Shown one piece after another: positions 44,350 to 53,887 of a DNA stretch of 64,000 nucleotides. The position numbers and the translations under genes were made by a program. Every line of letters begins with the position of its first letter. Positions within the stretch are counted from its first letter, which is position 1. A model generated the notes under the pieces. It saw only the letters and a list, made by a program, of their open reading frames with translations, ran no database searches and had not been told where the DNA came from. This DNA is from a virus, in IMG/VR virus record IMGVR_UViG_3300018080_000100; one strand, 5' to 3'.

Positions 44350-44945
44350 TATCGCGCTCGTAGTTTGATGTTCCTCGGGCGTCTGTTTTCGCGCTGCTCA
44401 AGCCGGGCGTTCCAGCCGAGCGGGTCGTCATCAGATTCCTTTGGCTTCTCTGCTACGCGTTTGCTTGCCGCTTCTCGGTCGCGGCCTATCTCTTCAACAA
44501 GGCCGGCTACACGATCGAACAGCGTGGTGCTGCCGGTGCTGGCGCCTGCGATCAGCGGCTCCCGCGCTGGGTCTGCCTGCTGCAGCACCTCTTCCGTCGT
44601 GACGCCTTCTGCGGGCGGGTGATGCGAAACCTCAACCTCGTGGGTGCTGGTGATCTCCTGCCATATCTCGTCTATGTGTCGACGCTGCGCGTCTGCCATC
44701 CGATCGAAGAAGTCGCTGTTGTCCAGCTCTCCGCCAGACCGCGGCGGCGGTGGTGGTAGCAACGACGTAGGTAGTCGCGACGGACGCGACTGTATACGCG
44801 GTACACCGGATAGGTCCAGCGGATCACGCCTCCAAACGCCGCCACCCCTGCGCACCTTCCAGGCAAGGACAGCCGCGACTACGATGGTCCCCAGGAAACA
44901 AATGCCGAAGACCATCAACGTGGTGAGCTGTCCGGCCGTGAACAT
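44349..44945 (-). CDS. membrane-anchored hypothetical protein
   Basis: N-terminal TM LTTLMVFGICFLGTIVVAAVLAW. Confidence 0.4.
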   Translation of the reverse strand: MFTAGQLTTLMVFGICFLGTIVVAAVLAWKVRRGGGVWRRDPLDLSGVPRIQSRPSRLPTSLLPPPPPRSGGELDNSDFFDRMADAQRRHIDEIWQEITSTHEVEVSHHPPAEGVTTEEVLQQADPAREPLIAGASTGSTTLFDRVAGLVEEIGRDREAASKRVAEKPKESDDDPLGWNARLEQRENRRPRNIKLRAR

Positions 44946-45407
44946 CTATGTCGCAGGTCCACGCATGAACGGCTCGGGCTGGTCGCCAGTTACGGCTACC
45001 GCCTCGGTCGACGTTACGCCCTGTTGACCCCGTACGCTGCGGCCTTGTGTCACATGGTACGTATCGGTCTGTTCTAGTGCGCCAGGTGCCTCAACCGTCT
45101 GGGGCACCAGCGCTACGTCGAAACCGCCGGCCAACGTCACACCAAAGCCCTGTGCAAGCATGATATGTGTCTGCGGCGGATGATCGAGCAGGAACTGGCG
45201 ACTGGCTTCGAGGAAGTGCTTGATACCGGCACGCGCCGCCATCTTCTCCTCGTGCGTCTCCAGCGTGGCGTCGAGTTCGTCCAGTGGCGCTTCGCGCGCT
45301 GGCTCACCCGGGGCTCCCAGCTCCTTCTTCTGGTACTGATCCAGCAAGAACTCCAGCAACTCCTTCGGTTCGCTCGTTGGCATCGGATGCCTCCTGATAT
45401 TCTGCAA
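44946..45407 (-). CDS. hypothetical protein (start uncertain)
   Basis: Overlaps the upstream SEC-C gene if the first Met is used; an internal Met at ~45242 is possible. Confidence 0.35.
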   Translation of the reverse strand: MQNIRRHPMPTSEPKELLEFLLDQYQKKELGAPGEPAREAPLDELDATLETHEEKMAARAGIKHFLEASRQFLLDHPPQTHIMLAQGFGVTLAGGFDVALVPQTVEAPGALEQTDTYHVTQGRSVRGQQGVTSTEAVAVTGDQPEPFMRGPAT

Positions 45408-45873
45408 CGGTAGCGTCCCACTCTTCCACCTCTTCCGGTGTGATGAGACACTGATTCTTAGGCGTGACCAGCCGACCGAGTTTGTCGACGGCGTAGATGA
45501 ACTTGGGTTCGGCCTTAATGTTGGCCATGCCCTGCAAGACTGTCGTCTTGAGCTCGTCCGGGTCGCCTTCCATGAAGGCCATCAGTTGTGACGGATTGGG
45601 GGTGAAACCCCACTGCTTGACGAATGCCACAACAGCAGCCTTCTGTTCGTCGGTGTACTGTGACGCCAACGTCTTGTACGGATTCACGACGGGCGGTGGC
45701 GGCGGTTCTGGCCGTCCACAGCAGCGCTTGAACTTCTGGCCGGAACCACAAGGGCAGCGTGCGTTCCTGCGTGTAGCTGGCGCCTGATTACGGATAGGCG
45801 CCAGCTTGGTCCGTTCGGGCTTGCGCCCAGGCTTACGACCGTAGGTGGCCGTATTTCGACGTTTCGACATCAC
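45304..45873 (-). CDS. SEC-C motif (zinc-binding) protein
   Basis: RCPCGSGQKFKRCCG matches the SecA C-terminal metal-binding motif. Confidence 0.45.
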   Translation of the reverse strand: MMSKRRNTATYGRKPGRKPERTKLAPIRNQAPATRRNARCPCGSGQKFKRCCGRPEPPPPPVVNPYKTLASQYTDEQKAAVVAFVKQWGFTPNPSQLMAFMEGDPDELKTTVLQGMANIKAEPKFIYAVDKLGRLVTPKNQCLITPEEVEEWDATVAEYQEASDANERTEGVAGVLAGSVPEEGAGSPG

Positions 45874-46523
45874 TACAGCAGGTCGGGTTCCTGCTCCTCC
45901 TCGGGCTCGTCGTCCTGGGTATCGACACCCGTCGTGTCAGGATCGACATTGACTTCTGGTACCTCGACCGGCGTACCCCACGGACGGGGGAACTCAGCTG
46001 TTTCTTCAGCCTCGTCGACTGTCACCGCATTGGCGGCGGCGCCGCGAACACTATCGGCCGCCTGCTCAGCGTCGACCTCGGCTACCGGACGGTTCGACTC
46101 GATGGCCCGGTCAAAGCCGACTGGGGCCAGTTCGCCGTCGCCGACCAATGGATCGACCTCGACCGGCGGCTCGGCTGTCTCGGGGACGTTGGCTGTGGCC
46201 GGCGGGACCAGTGGCGTGAGTGGTTCGGCCTGCTTACCCAGCGGCACGCGGTCCTTATCCGGTATGTCGATACCGAGCTTGTCCGCGAGCGAGAGCACCT
46301 CACCAGGTGCTGGGCGCTTTGGGCGTAACACCTTGGGGCGGCGCGCTGCGGGTCTTCCGCGACCGTGGCGGCCAGCTGTGGCGTCGGTGATGCGGCCCTC
46401 GGCCTTCTGTTTGGCGTAATCTAAGCGATGATCGATCTGATTCTTGATAGGCATTTCAGTGGTCTCTCTGAACAAGGAAGACGGAGGGCCCGCCAATCGG
46501 GCCCTCCGTAGGTCTCCCATCAT
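45873..46523 (-). CDS. acidic hypothetical protein
   Basis: 216 aa; D/E/P-rich. Confidence 0.4.
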   Translation of the reverse strand: MMGDLRRARLAGPPSSLFRETTEMPIKNQIDHRLDYAKQKAEGRITDATAGRHGRGRPAARRPKVLRPKRPAPGEVLSLADKLGIDIPDKDRVPLGKQAEPLTPLVPPATANVPETAEPPVEVDPLVGDGELAPVGFDRAIESNRPVAEVDAEQAADSVRGAAANAVTVDEAEETAEFPRPWGTPVEVPEVNVDPDTTGVDTQDDEPEEEQEPDLL

Positions 46524-46554
46524 CCTCTTACATTACACATCTGGCGTCAACCGC

Positions 46555-46872
46555 TTACTCGAGGAGAACGCGCACGCGCGGCCGGACGACAATGACTTGC
46601 CGCGGCACTCGTACGACAGGCGTCCGTACGACGACTCCAGGCCTTGTGATTACTCTGTACACACATCGCGGGGCTACTGTAACAATACGGCGCGGCGCAA
46701 CCACAACGCCGCCGACAGCCACCTCCGCAGGCTGCTGTGGGGCTCGGAATTGAGGCGCTACGATCACATTGGGTACAGTCACTTCGACCTCTGCGGACTG
46801 CGCTGGCGGCGCGCATGCCACGGCGCACAGCCCAGTCAGCAACACAACGAAAACGAGGGTCCAAAAACGCAT
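46555..46872 (-). CDS. small secreted V/R/P-rich protein
   Basis: Signal peptide MRFWTLVFVVLLTGLCAVACA. Confidence 0.45.
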   Translation of the reverse strand: MRFWTLVFVVLLTGLCAVACAPPAQSAEVEVTVPNVIVAPQFRAPQQPAEVAVGGVVVAPRRIVTVAPRCVYRVITRPGVVVRTPVVRVPRQVIVVRPRVRVLLE

Positions 46873-46884
46873 CGAGATCTCCTT

Positions 46885-47934
46885 CTAGCGTTGGAGTTCC
46901 GTCCATCCTGCCGCAAATTGCTTTCTGCGGTTCAACAGTCCGATGGACGCTTGCTTCTTCATCTTGACGATAAGTGCTCGGTCCTGCAAGGTGGACACGA
47001 GCGTATCCGCGAATTCCCTATAACCGGATATCACCTCCGGCACGCCAAGCCAGTTCTCCTTGGTCTTGGCTGGTACGAGCACGGAGTTCTTCCAGGATTT
47101 CAGGAATTCGTTTTGTGGGCGCATGTCCCACGAGAGCACGGGCGCACCCATGCACAACGAGTTCAGGCCGATAAGCCCGAAGCTCTCAAATCTGGACGCC
47201 CAAACGGTCAGGTCAGCCCGTGCGAACAGCATAAGCCTGTGCAAGATATTCGGATGGAGGACAAGCACGACTCTGTCACCGAACTGCTTACGTAGGTCTT
47301 TCACTATACGCTTGGAAGACAATGACCATTTGCGTCCACAGGCAATCATCACGTTCGCGTGCGGTACCTCCGCCAATGTCCTGTGCATCATGTCGAATAT
47401 CGCCTGATCGCTTCTTTGCGGTTGCGTATCATAGAGCGGGAAGTAGACACACAGGTTGTTGTGCGGTTCGTCGGTGTTCCTGCGAGAGATTGGGACAGGC
47501 ACGTCCCAGGGCATCATGATCGGTGTAGTGCTGTCTAGCTGCCAATGCCGCTGGAGCGCATGACCGACACAACGATACGGGATGATGATCTTATCGAATG
47601 CGAGCACCGTGGCTGCGTCATTGGGTGTGAGTCGCTCCCACTCGATAAGCAGCGCGGTTTCAACGTCCAGGTGCTTGATGCGCCGCAGTTCGCGCTTCCT
47701 GGGCACGTGTGTCCAGATGATACGGCTGCAACGCTGTGCCCACTTGAGCAAGCGCTGTTGCCGCGCGCTGACTACTGCAGAATCCCAGACGCGGGCTACT
47801 TCACGACGTACGACGCCCTTACCGTAGATGGTAGACGGCAGACCTTGATCCCTGGCCCTCTCGGCCAAATGGACCGCAGCATGCGCAACTTCGTGCTGCT
47901 GGTATCGGGTTATGATCCCGAGCCTGTCTGCCAT
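46885..47934 (-). CDS. GT-B fold glycosyltransferase (GT4-like)
   Basis: FESFGLIGLNSLCMGAPVL corresponds to the GT4 E-x7-E / EGFG..EAMA.G.PV motif region. Confidence 0.55.
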   Translation of the reverse strand: MADRLGIITRYQQHEVAHAAVHLAERARDQGLPSTIYGKGVVRREVARVWDSAVVSARQQRLLKWAQRCSRIIWTHVPRKRELRRIKHLDVETALLIEWERLTPNDAATVLAFDKIIIPYRCVGHALQRHWQLDSTTPIMMPWDVPVPISRRNTDEPHNNLCVYFPLYDTQPQRSDQAIFDMMHRTLAEVPHANVMIACGRKWSLSSKRIVKDLRKQFGDRVVLVLHPNILHRLMLFARADLTVWASRFESFGLIGLNSLCMGAPVLSWDMRPQNEFLKSWKNSVLVPAKTKENWLGVPEVISGYREFADTLVSTLQDRALIVKMKKQASIGLLNRRKQFAAGWTELQR

Positions 47935-47979
47935 GTGGATTGTCCGATAGGTCGTCGTTCATCGTCCTTGAGCCTTAGG

Positions 47980-49995
47980 TTACATCATGGGCATGCCACC
48001 CATGGGCTGACCGCCCATCGGCGGTGGGGCCATGCTTCCTTGCTGGCCCGCCATTGCAGCCTCCTGGCCCATCTGCCTGCCACGAGCTTCGGACTGCGAG
48101 TCCATCTGCTCCAGCAGCGACTTGACCAGGCTGTGGATCGTCGGATTACGCTGCTTGAGCTGTCGCAGCGCAGATTGCCGCTGGCCGCCAGGCATAGCGT
48201 AAATCTGCTGAGCAATGGTCTGTGCAATGGATTCCAGTTCTGGCGGGGTGAGCCCCTGCTCGTTGCCCATAGGCAGCTGCGCCATGACCGCCTGGACCGG
48301 ATCCATCGGCATCGCTGCCTGATCCGGTGACGGTGCCTCGCCACCCATAGGTGCGGCACCACCGGCTGCTCCGGGCTGGACCGGCGGCACCACGCCACCA
48401 GCACCTGGCCCAGGCATAGCGCCCATGGCCGCAGGATCGCCCCCAGCGGCTCCTGGGCCGCCTGCGCCCATTGCCAGTTGATCGCCCAGTCCGCTCGCTT
48501 CGAGCTCCTCCTGGGCCTTCTGGGACTCCTCAGCGACGAATTTCTGCTCCTCCAGCATGCGCTTCTGCTCGTCCTCGAATACCAGGCCCACGCCTCTGCG
48601 AAGGCCGGTAGTCTGGGAGACCTGGCCACCCATCATCAGCTGCAGGACAGCCAACTGACGGTTCAGGTCGTCTGCGTGGCTCGGGCGCGCTAGCCGGGCG
48701 GTCACCTCGTCCCAGCTGAGCGCCACCGAGATCTTGTTGCAGATCCACTGGAGGTAGTTGTTCAGCATGTAGGTCAGGTGGCTCCAGTGACTCTCCATGA
48801 GCCGCAGGGCCGCGGGCGCAGCCTGTACAGTGAGATCGCCCTTGTAGAACTGCACAGGGATACCTACCGAAGACAGCAGCGTGTCGAGCGCCTGGTCCAT
48901 GAGCTGGTAGGGTGCCAACTGGCTGGCCTCACCACCGAGCGCCTGGTAGCGCACCGGGAACGGCAGCGTGAACCACGTGGTCGGGTCTTGCCGCCGCTGC
49001 CGCAGCATGGAATTGACCTGCCCAGTGAAACCGCCGAGATCGGCAGTGAACAGCGGGTCTGTCATCTCACCGCCGCCTGCTCCGCCGCCCGGCCGAGGCT
49101 CGGGGGTCAGCACGCGGAACGGGATGATATAGTCGAGGCCGATTGCCTCGTTGTATCGGTGCAGTACCTGGAGATACCAGGCCTGCCGGAAGTTGGTCAG
49201 CACGCGGCTGATGCCCCAGCCTTTGTTCAGTACACCAGCAAGGGTATCCTCCTTGCCATGGTAGATCACGTCCTTGTTGAACTCGATGTGCGTGTTGTTC
49301 TTGACAGCCTGCACAACCTCCCACGGAGCGCGCTCCAAATGGAAGAGGGTACCTCTGGTGATGTACTGCTTGTAATGCTGCGGGATGCGCCAGATGTGTC
49401 CGACCTCGTCGGTATACGGATCCCAGGCGAGTTCCATCTCGTGCGGGCTCCAGCGCTTGATGATCAGATCGTCTTCCTCGTGGGAGCGGCGGTCGATGTG
49501 CGTCCACTTGCCGTGGTAGTTGCAGAATGGGCAATGCGCACGGAACTCTGAGCCCTGCCACGTGTAGCTGAACTTCTCGTTGCCGTGGATCTGGCGCAGG
49601 GGCGCCTCGAACCCACAGCCCGGGCACGAGAGGTTGCGCCGGAACGGGATCACGACCGATCCGAAGAAGTTGCCGTAGGTGCAGTAGTCGAGCGCGGCCT
49701 GCCGCAGCTCTGTATGGATTCCCAACGTGTTGTTCAGGAAGTCGAGATACTTCTCCTTCCCGTCACGGTCAGTGCCGTCGATTTCGACCTCAGTGATGAA
49801 GTACGAGATCACCCGGTCTACTGCAGACCGGTAGACACCGTTTGCCAACATGATGTATTCGCACCACCGCATAGCGTTCTGCAGTGAGCTGGGCATCGCT
49901 GTCGAGGCATAGTCACAGAATGGGTCCGGGAATGGCTCGACGTTTTGCGAACCGAGATTGGCCCCACCCGTGAAGTTGGGAATCAGATACGACAT
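47980..49995 (-). CDS. putative portal (head-tail connector) protein, T7 gp8-like, with zinc-ribbon insertion
   Basis: Segment LMDQALDTLLSSVGIPVQFY and the M/A/G/Q-rich C-terminal tail parallel T7 gp8. CPGCG...CPFCN insert. Confidence 0.45.
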   Translation of the reverse strand: MSYLIPNFTGGANLGSQNVEPFPDPFCDYASTAMPSSLQNAMRWCEYIMLANGVYRSAVDRVISYFITEVEIDGTDRDGKEKYLDFLNNTLGIHTELRQAALDYCTYGNFFGSVVIPFRRNLSCPGCGFEAPLRQIHGNEKFSYTWQGSEFRAHCPFCNYHGKWTHIDRRSHEEDDLIIKRWSPHEMELAWDPYTDEVGHIWRIPQHYKQYITRGTLFHLERAPWEVVQAVKNNTHIEFNKDVIYHGKEDTLAGVLNKGWGISRVLTNFRQAWYLQVLHRYNEAIGLDYIIPFRVLTPEPRPGGGAGGGEMTDPLFTADLGGFTGQVNSMLRQRRQDPTTWFTLPFPVRYQALGGEASQLAPYQLMDQALDTLLSSVGIPVQFYKGDLTVQAAPAALRLMESHWSHLTYMLNNYLQWICNKISVALSWDEVTARLARPSHADDLNRQLAVLQLMMGGQVSQTTGLRRGVGLVFEDEQKRMLEEQKFVAEESQKAQEELEASGLGDQLAMGAGGPGAAGGDPAAMGAMPGPGAGGVVPPVQPGAAGGAAPMGGEAPSPDQAAMPMDPVQAVMAQLPMGNEQGLTPPELESIAQTIAQQIYAMPGGQRQSALRQLKQRNPTIHSLVKSLLEQMDSQSEARGRQMGQEAAMAGQQGSMAPPPMGGQPMGGMPMM

Positions 49996-50010
49996 GGATC
50001 CGTCCTTGGA

Positions 50011-50295
50011 CTAGAGACTTGTCGACTTGCGGCAGACACGGCTCATCTTGACGACGGGGTCTTGGCTTTCGAGCCGCTCGATCTCCTCCTCTTCGGTACG
50101 GTCACTGGCCGTCTTCTCCGCCGGCTCAAGGTCCGGGGTCACCCCGGGCTTCACAACGGCTTGTTTTTCCATGGCAGCCCATCTCCTTATATCTGCGAGC
50201 GTCTGCTCGTTCAGTAACACGTCGTTCAACCCCATGATAGCAGTCTTTCTACGGCATGCCACCTGCAATCTCTGGCGTGGCAGCATTGGCAGCAT
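50011..50295 (-). CDS. hypothetical protein
   Basis: 94 aa. Confidence 0.3.
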   Translation of the reverse strand: MLPMLPRQRLQVACRRKTAIMGLNDVLLNEQTLADIRRWAAMEKQAVVKPGVTPDLEPAEKTASDRTEEEEIERLESQDPVVKMSRVCRKSTSL

Positions 50296-51325
50296 ACGGG
50301 GCCTCGCCCTTGATCAGGAATACTTGGAATTCCTGATCACCCAGCGGAAAGATGATATTCGGGTCCTGCACGAAGTAGATCGAGTCGCTTCCGGCGATGT
50401 GGACGGCGATGTCCTTATCGGTAGACTGCAGCCTCGATCGTGGGTAGCCGACACAGCTGGTGTCGTAGACCAGCACCAACACGTGCTCCTCGCGCACCAC
50501 GTCGTGATACCAAGTCTCGATGGCTATCGGCGAGCCCGAAACCTCCAACGTTACCTTGAACGTCGGCGCGCCGCTGGCCTTAGCGTTGCCGACAGGGCGC
50601 ATAGCCTGCGGCTGAGACCGCTGGTTGAACAGCGATGCCGGCGCCGTCTGTGGCTGCGGTGGTGGCGCAGGGGCGGGCGCTGGGGCCGGTGCGGGCGCGG
50701 CAGGCTGCGCAAACGCCGCCTGCTTCACAGGGCCCTGATGTGGATTTGGTGCGACAGGCGTCTGTACGACGGCGCGTGGTGCGGCATCCTGCGGACTAGG
50801 CGGCGCGCCTGGCGGTGCTACTGGTGGCGCGGGCGCGGCTATGTTTTGGTCCAACACTGCGTGCATCCCATCTTGCATGTTCGCTTCTCCTTGTGGCGCC
50901 AGCTGCTGGACCTGATCGATCGCCACACGGCGATAGACCGAAGAGGCGCGATCGCGCAGGTCGTCGATCGAGACAGCTTGGCGTATCTGTGCGTTATTTG
51001 TGGCCTGGCTGACGACATCAGCCGATATCTTGGACATGTCAACGACGAATCCACCACCAGGTGCGTCGGGATCGATGTGCACTTCCTTCGCAGAGGCGTC
51101 ACGCTCCCAGTTAGGCGGCGCACCGTCGATCGTGGAGCGTCCGACGACGAAGCCGGGGATCGTCTGCGGCAGTGCCACGGCCATTGTGGAGCCGCGGCCG
51201 ACATGCTGCTGGGCTGCAAGATCGCGATATGCCGTTTCGGTGGGTGTCCCAAGCACGCTTGCCTGGTTCCAGAAATTGTTATCCATGATGTTCCTAGTGT
51301 AGCCGTCGGCCAGTGCTATCATCAA
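50249..51325 (-). CDS. hypothetical protein with P/A-rich linker
   Basis: 358 aa; a PAPAPAPAPAPPPQPQ linker separates two domains. Confidence 0.4.
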   Translation of the reverse strand: MMIALADGYTRNIMDNNFWNQASVLGTPTETAYRDLAAQQHVGRGSTMAVALPQTIPGFVVGRSTIDGAPPNWERDASAKEVHIDPDAPGGGFVVDMSKISADVVSQATNNAQIRQAVSIDDLRDRASSVYRRVAIDQVQQLAPQGEANMQDGMHAVLDQNIAAPAPPVAPPGAPPSPQDAAPRAVVQTPVAPNPHQGPVKQAAFAQPAAPAPAPAPAPAPPPQPQTAPASLFNQRSQPQAMRPVGNAKASGAPTFKVTLEVSGSPIAIETWYHDVVREEHVLVLVYDTSCVGYPRSRLQSTDKDIAVHIAGSDSIYFVQDPNIIFPLGDQEFQVFLIKGEAPYAANAATPEIAGGMP

Positions 51326-51326
51326 T

Positions 51327-51362
51327 AGCTAAATGAACCTCGGGGGCGCCGAAGCGCCCCCA
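51327..51362 (-). terminator. hairpin with UUCG tetraloop (putative terminator)
   Basis: gggggcgc-cgaa-gcgccccc 8-bp stem, downstream of 51402-51662; weak U tract. Confidence 0.4.
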
Positions 51363-51401
51363 AGGATCAATTTACACGGCTACAGAGCCCATTACCAGCA
51401 T

Positions 51402-51662
51402 CTACGCCAAGACGGCGTCGACATCGGCGGGGCACAGTTCCAGTTCGCGCAGATCCCATTCGCTGAGATCAGCTTTCAGAATCTCGTATTCCGTGACACT
51501 CTCTTGGAGCGCGTCAGGGTCTTCAGTTGCCCGCAGAGCAAGGACGGCCTCGCATACTGGGGTAAACTCGCAGGGTAAGTCAGGTATACGCCGCAGCGCC
51601 GCTTCACGTTCCGTTTCGTGCATAGCCGCAAGCGTCTCTTCCGTACTGACAAAGAGGCACAT
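51402..51662 (-). CDS. hypothetical protein
   Basis: 86 aa, acidic. Confidence 0.3.
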   Translation of the reverse strand: MCLFVSTEETLAAMHETEREAALRRIPDLPCEFTPVCEAVLALRATEDPDALQESVTEYEILKADLSEWDLRELELCPADVDAVLA

Positions 51663-51666
51663 CCCA

Positions 51667-51951
51667 TTATCCTCCTGAGAACCAGGACGCGTCAGCGTCC
51701 GTATTAGCGAGTAAGTCTTCTAAGCTGATGTGGCAGAACCACAGATAGTCGGGAGCGCGCGCAGCTAGCATGGCCTTGCGAGACAGGGCCACTACCAGTT
51801 CGCCGTCAACTGATGCGCGTATAGGCGCATGGACAGGAAAGTCCTTAGGCCAAAGTGGGAAGATCAGTGGCGCAGCGCTGTTTGCGTTCTCCAACCAGAC
51901 GGTGACATCTCCGTCACCTACGAACGAGATTTTCCGGACTTCTTCGGGCAT
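51667..51951 (-). CDS. hypothetical protein
   Basis: 94 aa. Confidence 0.3.
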   Translation of the reverse strand: MPEEVRKISFVGDGDVTVWLENANSAAPLIFPLWPKDFPVHAPIRASVDGELVVALSRKAMLAARAPDYLWFCHISLEDLLANTDADASWFSGG

Positions 51952-53477
51952 GACTGGAACCGTGGGTTGATATCGTCGAACGAAACGTTCCAGGTGACGC
52001 CATCGCGGATGCCTTGCAGGTCTTCTGCGAAGATACGCCGCCGTTGAAAATTGACGACCATGGGCACGAAGCGCACCGAGGTCTTCCGGAGAAACTCCGC
52101 AAGCGGCATTTCCGCCGGCTCACGGCCAGTGAGCGTGTACTGCATGAACTCAGCGCCTTCCAGCGCCTCGTTACCTGCCGCATCGCGGGTGATCAGACCC
52201 ATGTCTTCGACACGCTTGCCATTGAGCGTCGACACTCCGCAAACGTCGATGACTGGGGTCAGGTCTTCAACCTCCGGTAAGGACGCCGGGTGCGTCTTCA
52301 ACGCCTCCACGTCGTACCGCTTGACCAGGTAGTCAGCACCGACGGCTACACCGGATACGCCGGTCAACTCGGTCCGTGCTTCGGTCGGAATATGGTCGGG
52401 GATGCCCATTTCCGCAAACACCATGTAACCCTGCGGCCATGCGAAAGATCCACACGGACGCAGATGACGGTTAGCTCGGTGTCGTCTCTCCAAGTGGTAC
52501 CTGAACGCCTCCTCCTCGCGGCCAGCGATGGTAGGATCGTCGATCAGGTCTGCCTTGGTGTGTCCAGCGCGTCCTGCGATATCGTCGAGCATCGCATCCT
52601 CGCGATACACAACTATCTGCGCAAGCAACGCACGAATGGACGCAAGTGCCGTCCCCATAATGGCTTTATTCTCGAGATCGAGCCGTGCTCCGTGTGCAGC
52701 GCCGAAGTTCTCTGCCTTCAGGCCGGCGGCCGCACGCGACTCCTCGAGCTTCTTGCGATGGGCTTTGCAGATCTGATGCGCGTTACGCGAGTCCCGTGCT
52801 GACATTTTGACACCGTGTGCTGGCATAAGCTTCCGCTTCTTTGCCGCGACCAACGAGTCGACTGTCTGCAGACCGGGCGTAAGCCATAGATCCTTCAGCC
52901 ATCTGTTACCCTCTGGTCCTCCCAGCTTCCATTGACCATCCTTGGTGAATGTCAACGCGTATCCGCGACACATGAATCGTTCCCCGAACAGATGGGTGAC
53001 CACGTAATGGGTCTTACCGACATTGTCTGCGGGGCGATTCATTTTGACTGATCCCTTTGGAGGCATAGGGACCATCGCGACGAGGCCAAGAAGGTCCCGC
53101 TGCAGCTTGCGCACGCCGACCCGCACTAGGGCGGTCCAGCGGCACAAGTTCTGCAACGGCAGCGCCAACGAGACCGCCTGCTTTTCAACAACCTCTTCGA
53201 GTTCGAGGATGTTGAGCAGCGGGAGTTGCGCCTCGCTTCGCGCGTGATTCACCTTCTGACAGAACAGGCGCACGGCCTGTAGGATTTCGGGACAACCGCG
53301 CTCGAAGAATAGCTCCTTCGACCAGGCTGTGCCGTTGTTATAGGCGTCGAGCAGCTGGTCAGCCATACCTATGGCAGGCGCCGTAAACGTCTGTTCCTTA
53401 GGGGCCGCTGCTGTTTCTCGCACCTCTACGGCGGCTGTGTTGCCGCCCAGATTAAGCGTTTTGAGATCTTTTATCAC
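51918..53477 (-). CDS. hypothetical protein (519 aa)
   Basis: Long ORF, no recognisable motif. Confidence 0.45.
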   Translation of the reverse strand: MIKDLKTLNLGGNTAAVEVRETAAAPKEQTFTAPAIGMADQLLDAYNNGTAWSKELFFERGCPEILQAVRLFCQKVNHARSEAQLPLLNILELEEVVEKQAVSLALPLQNLCRWTALVRVGVRKLQRDLLGLVAMVPMPPKGSVKMNRPADNVGKTHYVVTHLFGERFMCRGYALTFTKDGQWKLGGPEGNRWLKDLWLTPGLQTVDSLVAAKKRKLMPAHGVKMSARDSRNAHQICKAHRKKLEESRAAAGLKAENFGAAHGARLDLENKAIMGTALASIRALLAQIVVYREDAMLDDIAGRAGHTKADLIDDPTIAGREEEAFRYHLERRHRANRHLRPCGSFAWPQGYMVFAEMGIPDHIPTEARTELTGVSGVAVGADYLVKRYDVEALKTHPASLPEVEDLTPVIDVCGVSTLNGKRVEDMGLITRDAAGNEALEGAEFMQYTLTGREPAEMPLAEFLRKTSVRFVPMVVNFQRRRIFAEDLQGIRDGVTWNVSFDDINPRFQSCPKKSGKSRS

Positions 53478-53790
53478 TCGGGCTCCAGTTGTCTGACTCT
53501 ACTGGAATTCTGAACGTAGGTCTTCTGCGCCTGGCGACGAAACGACGACGGGCAGTGCCCGCCTTGTCGTCGCGTACAAAGGTGTGCATACCAAAGATGC
53601 GTAGATGCGGGCGCATGACCTGCCATAACTCAGCAGAGACTAGCTCGTAAGGACGCCCACTGGGCGTATGGGCCAGTCTCTCCGTGCCGGGGAAATCGTA
53701 CTCGTAGACTATCTTGCGTCCGCCATTTGGCAACGCAGGTGTCTTGTGTACGAGACCACGGCGCACATTCAATGGGAGATGATCAAGCAT
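53452..53790 (-). CDS. hypothetical protein
   Basis: 112 aa. Confidence 0.35.
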   Translation of the reverse strand: MLDHLPLNVRRGLVHKTPALPNGGRKIVYEYDFPGTERLAHTPSGRPYELVSAELWQVMRPHLRIFGMHTFVRDDKAGTARRRFVARRRRPTFRIPVESDNWSPSDKRSQNA

Positions 53791-53887
53791 TCATTAGGGT
53801 CCTCCCTCTACAGCAGTCAACAGAAAAAGGCGCCAAGACCACATAGTCTTGACACCTTATAATGCCGCGTTCTGCAGTAGCGTAAAG

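Noticed and set aside
51918-53477. 519-aa protein as candidate major capsid protein, primase or defence factor
   Set aside because: No recognisable motif (no Walker A, no AEP or Toprim signatures, no HK97-like pattern that can be read by eye). Left as hypothetical.
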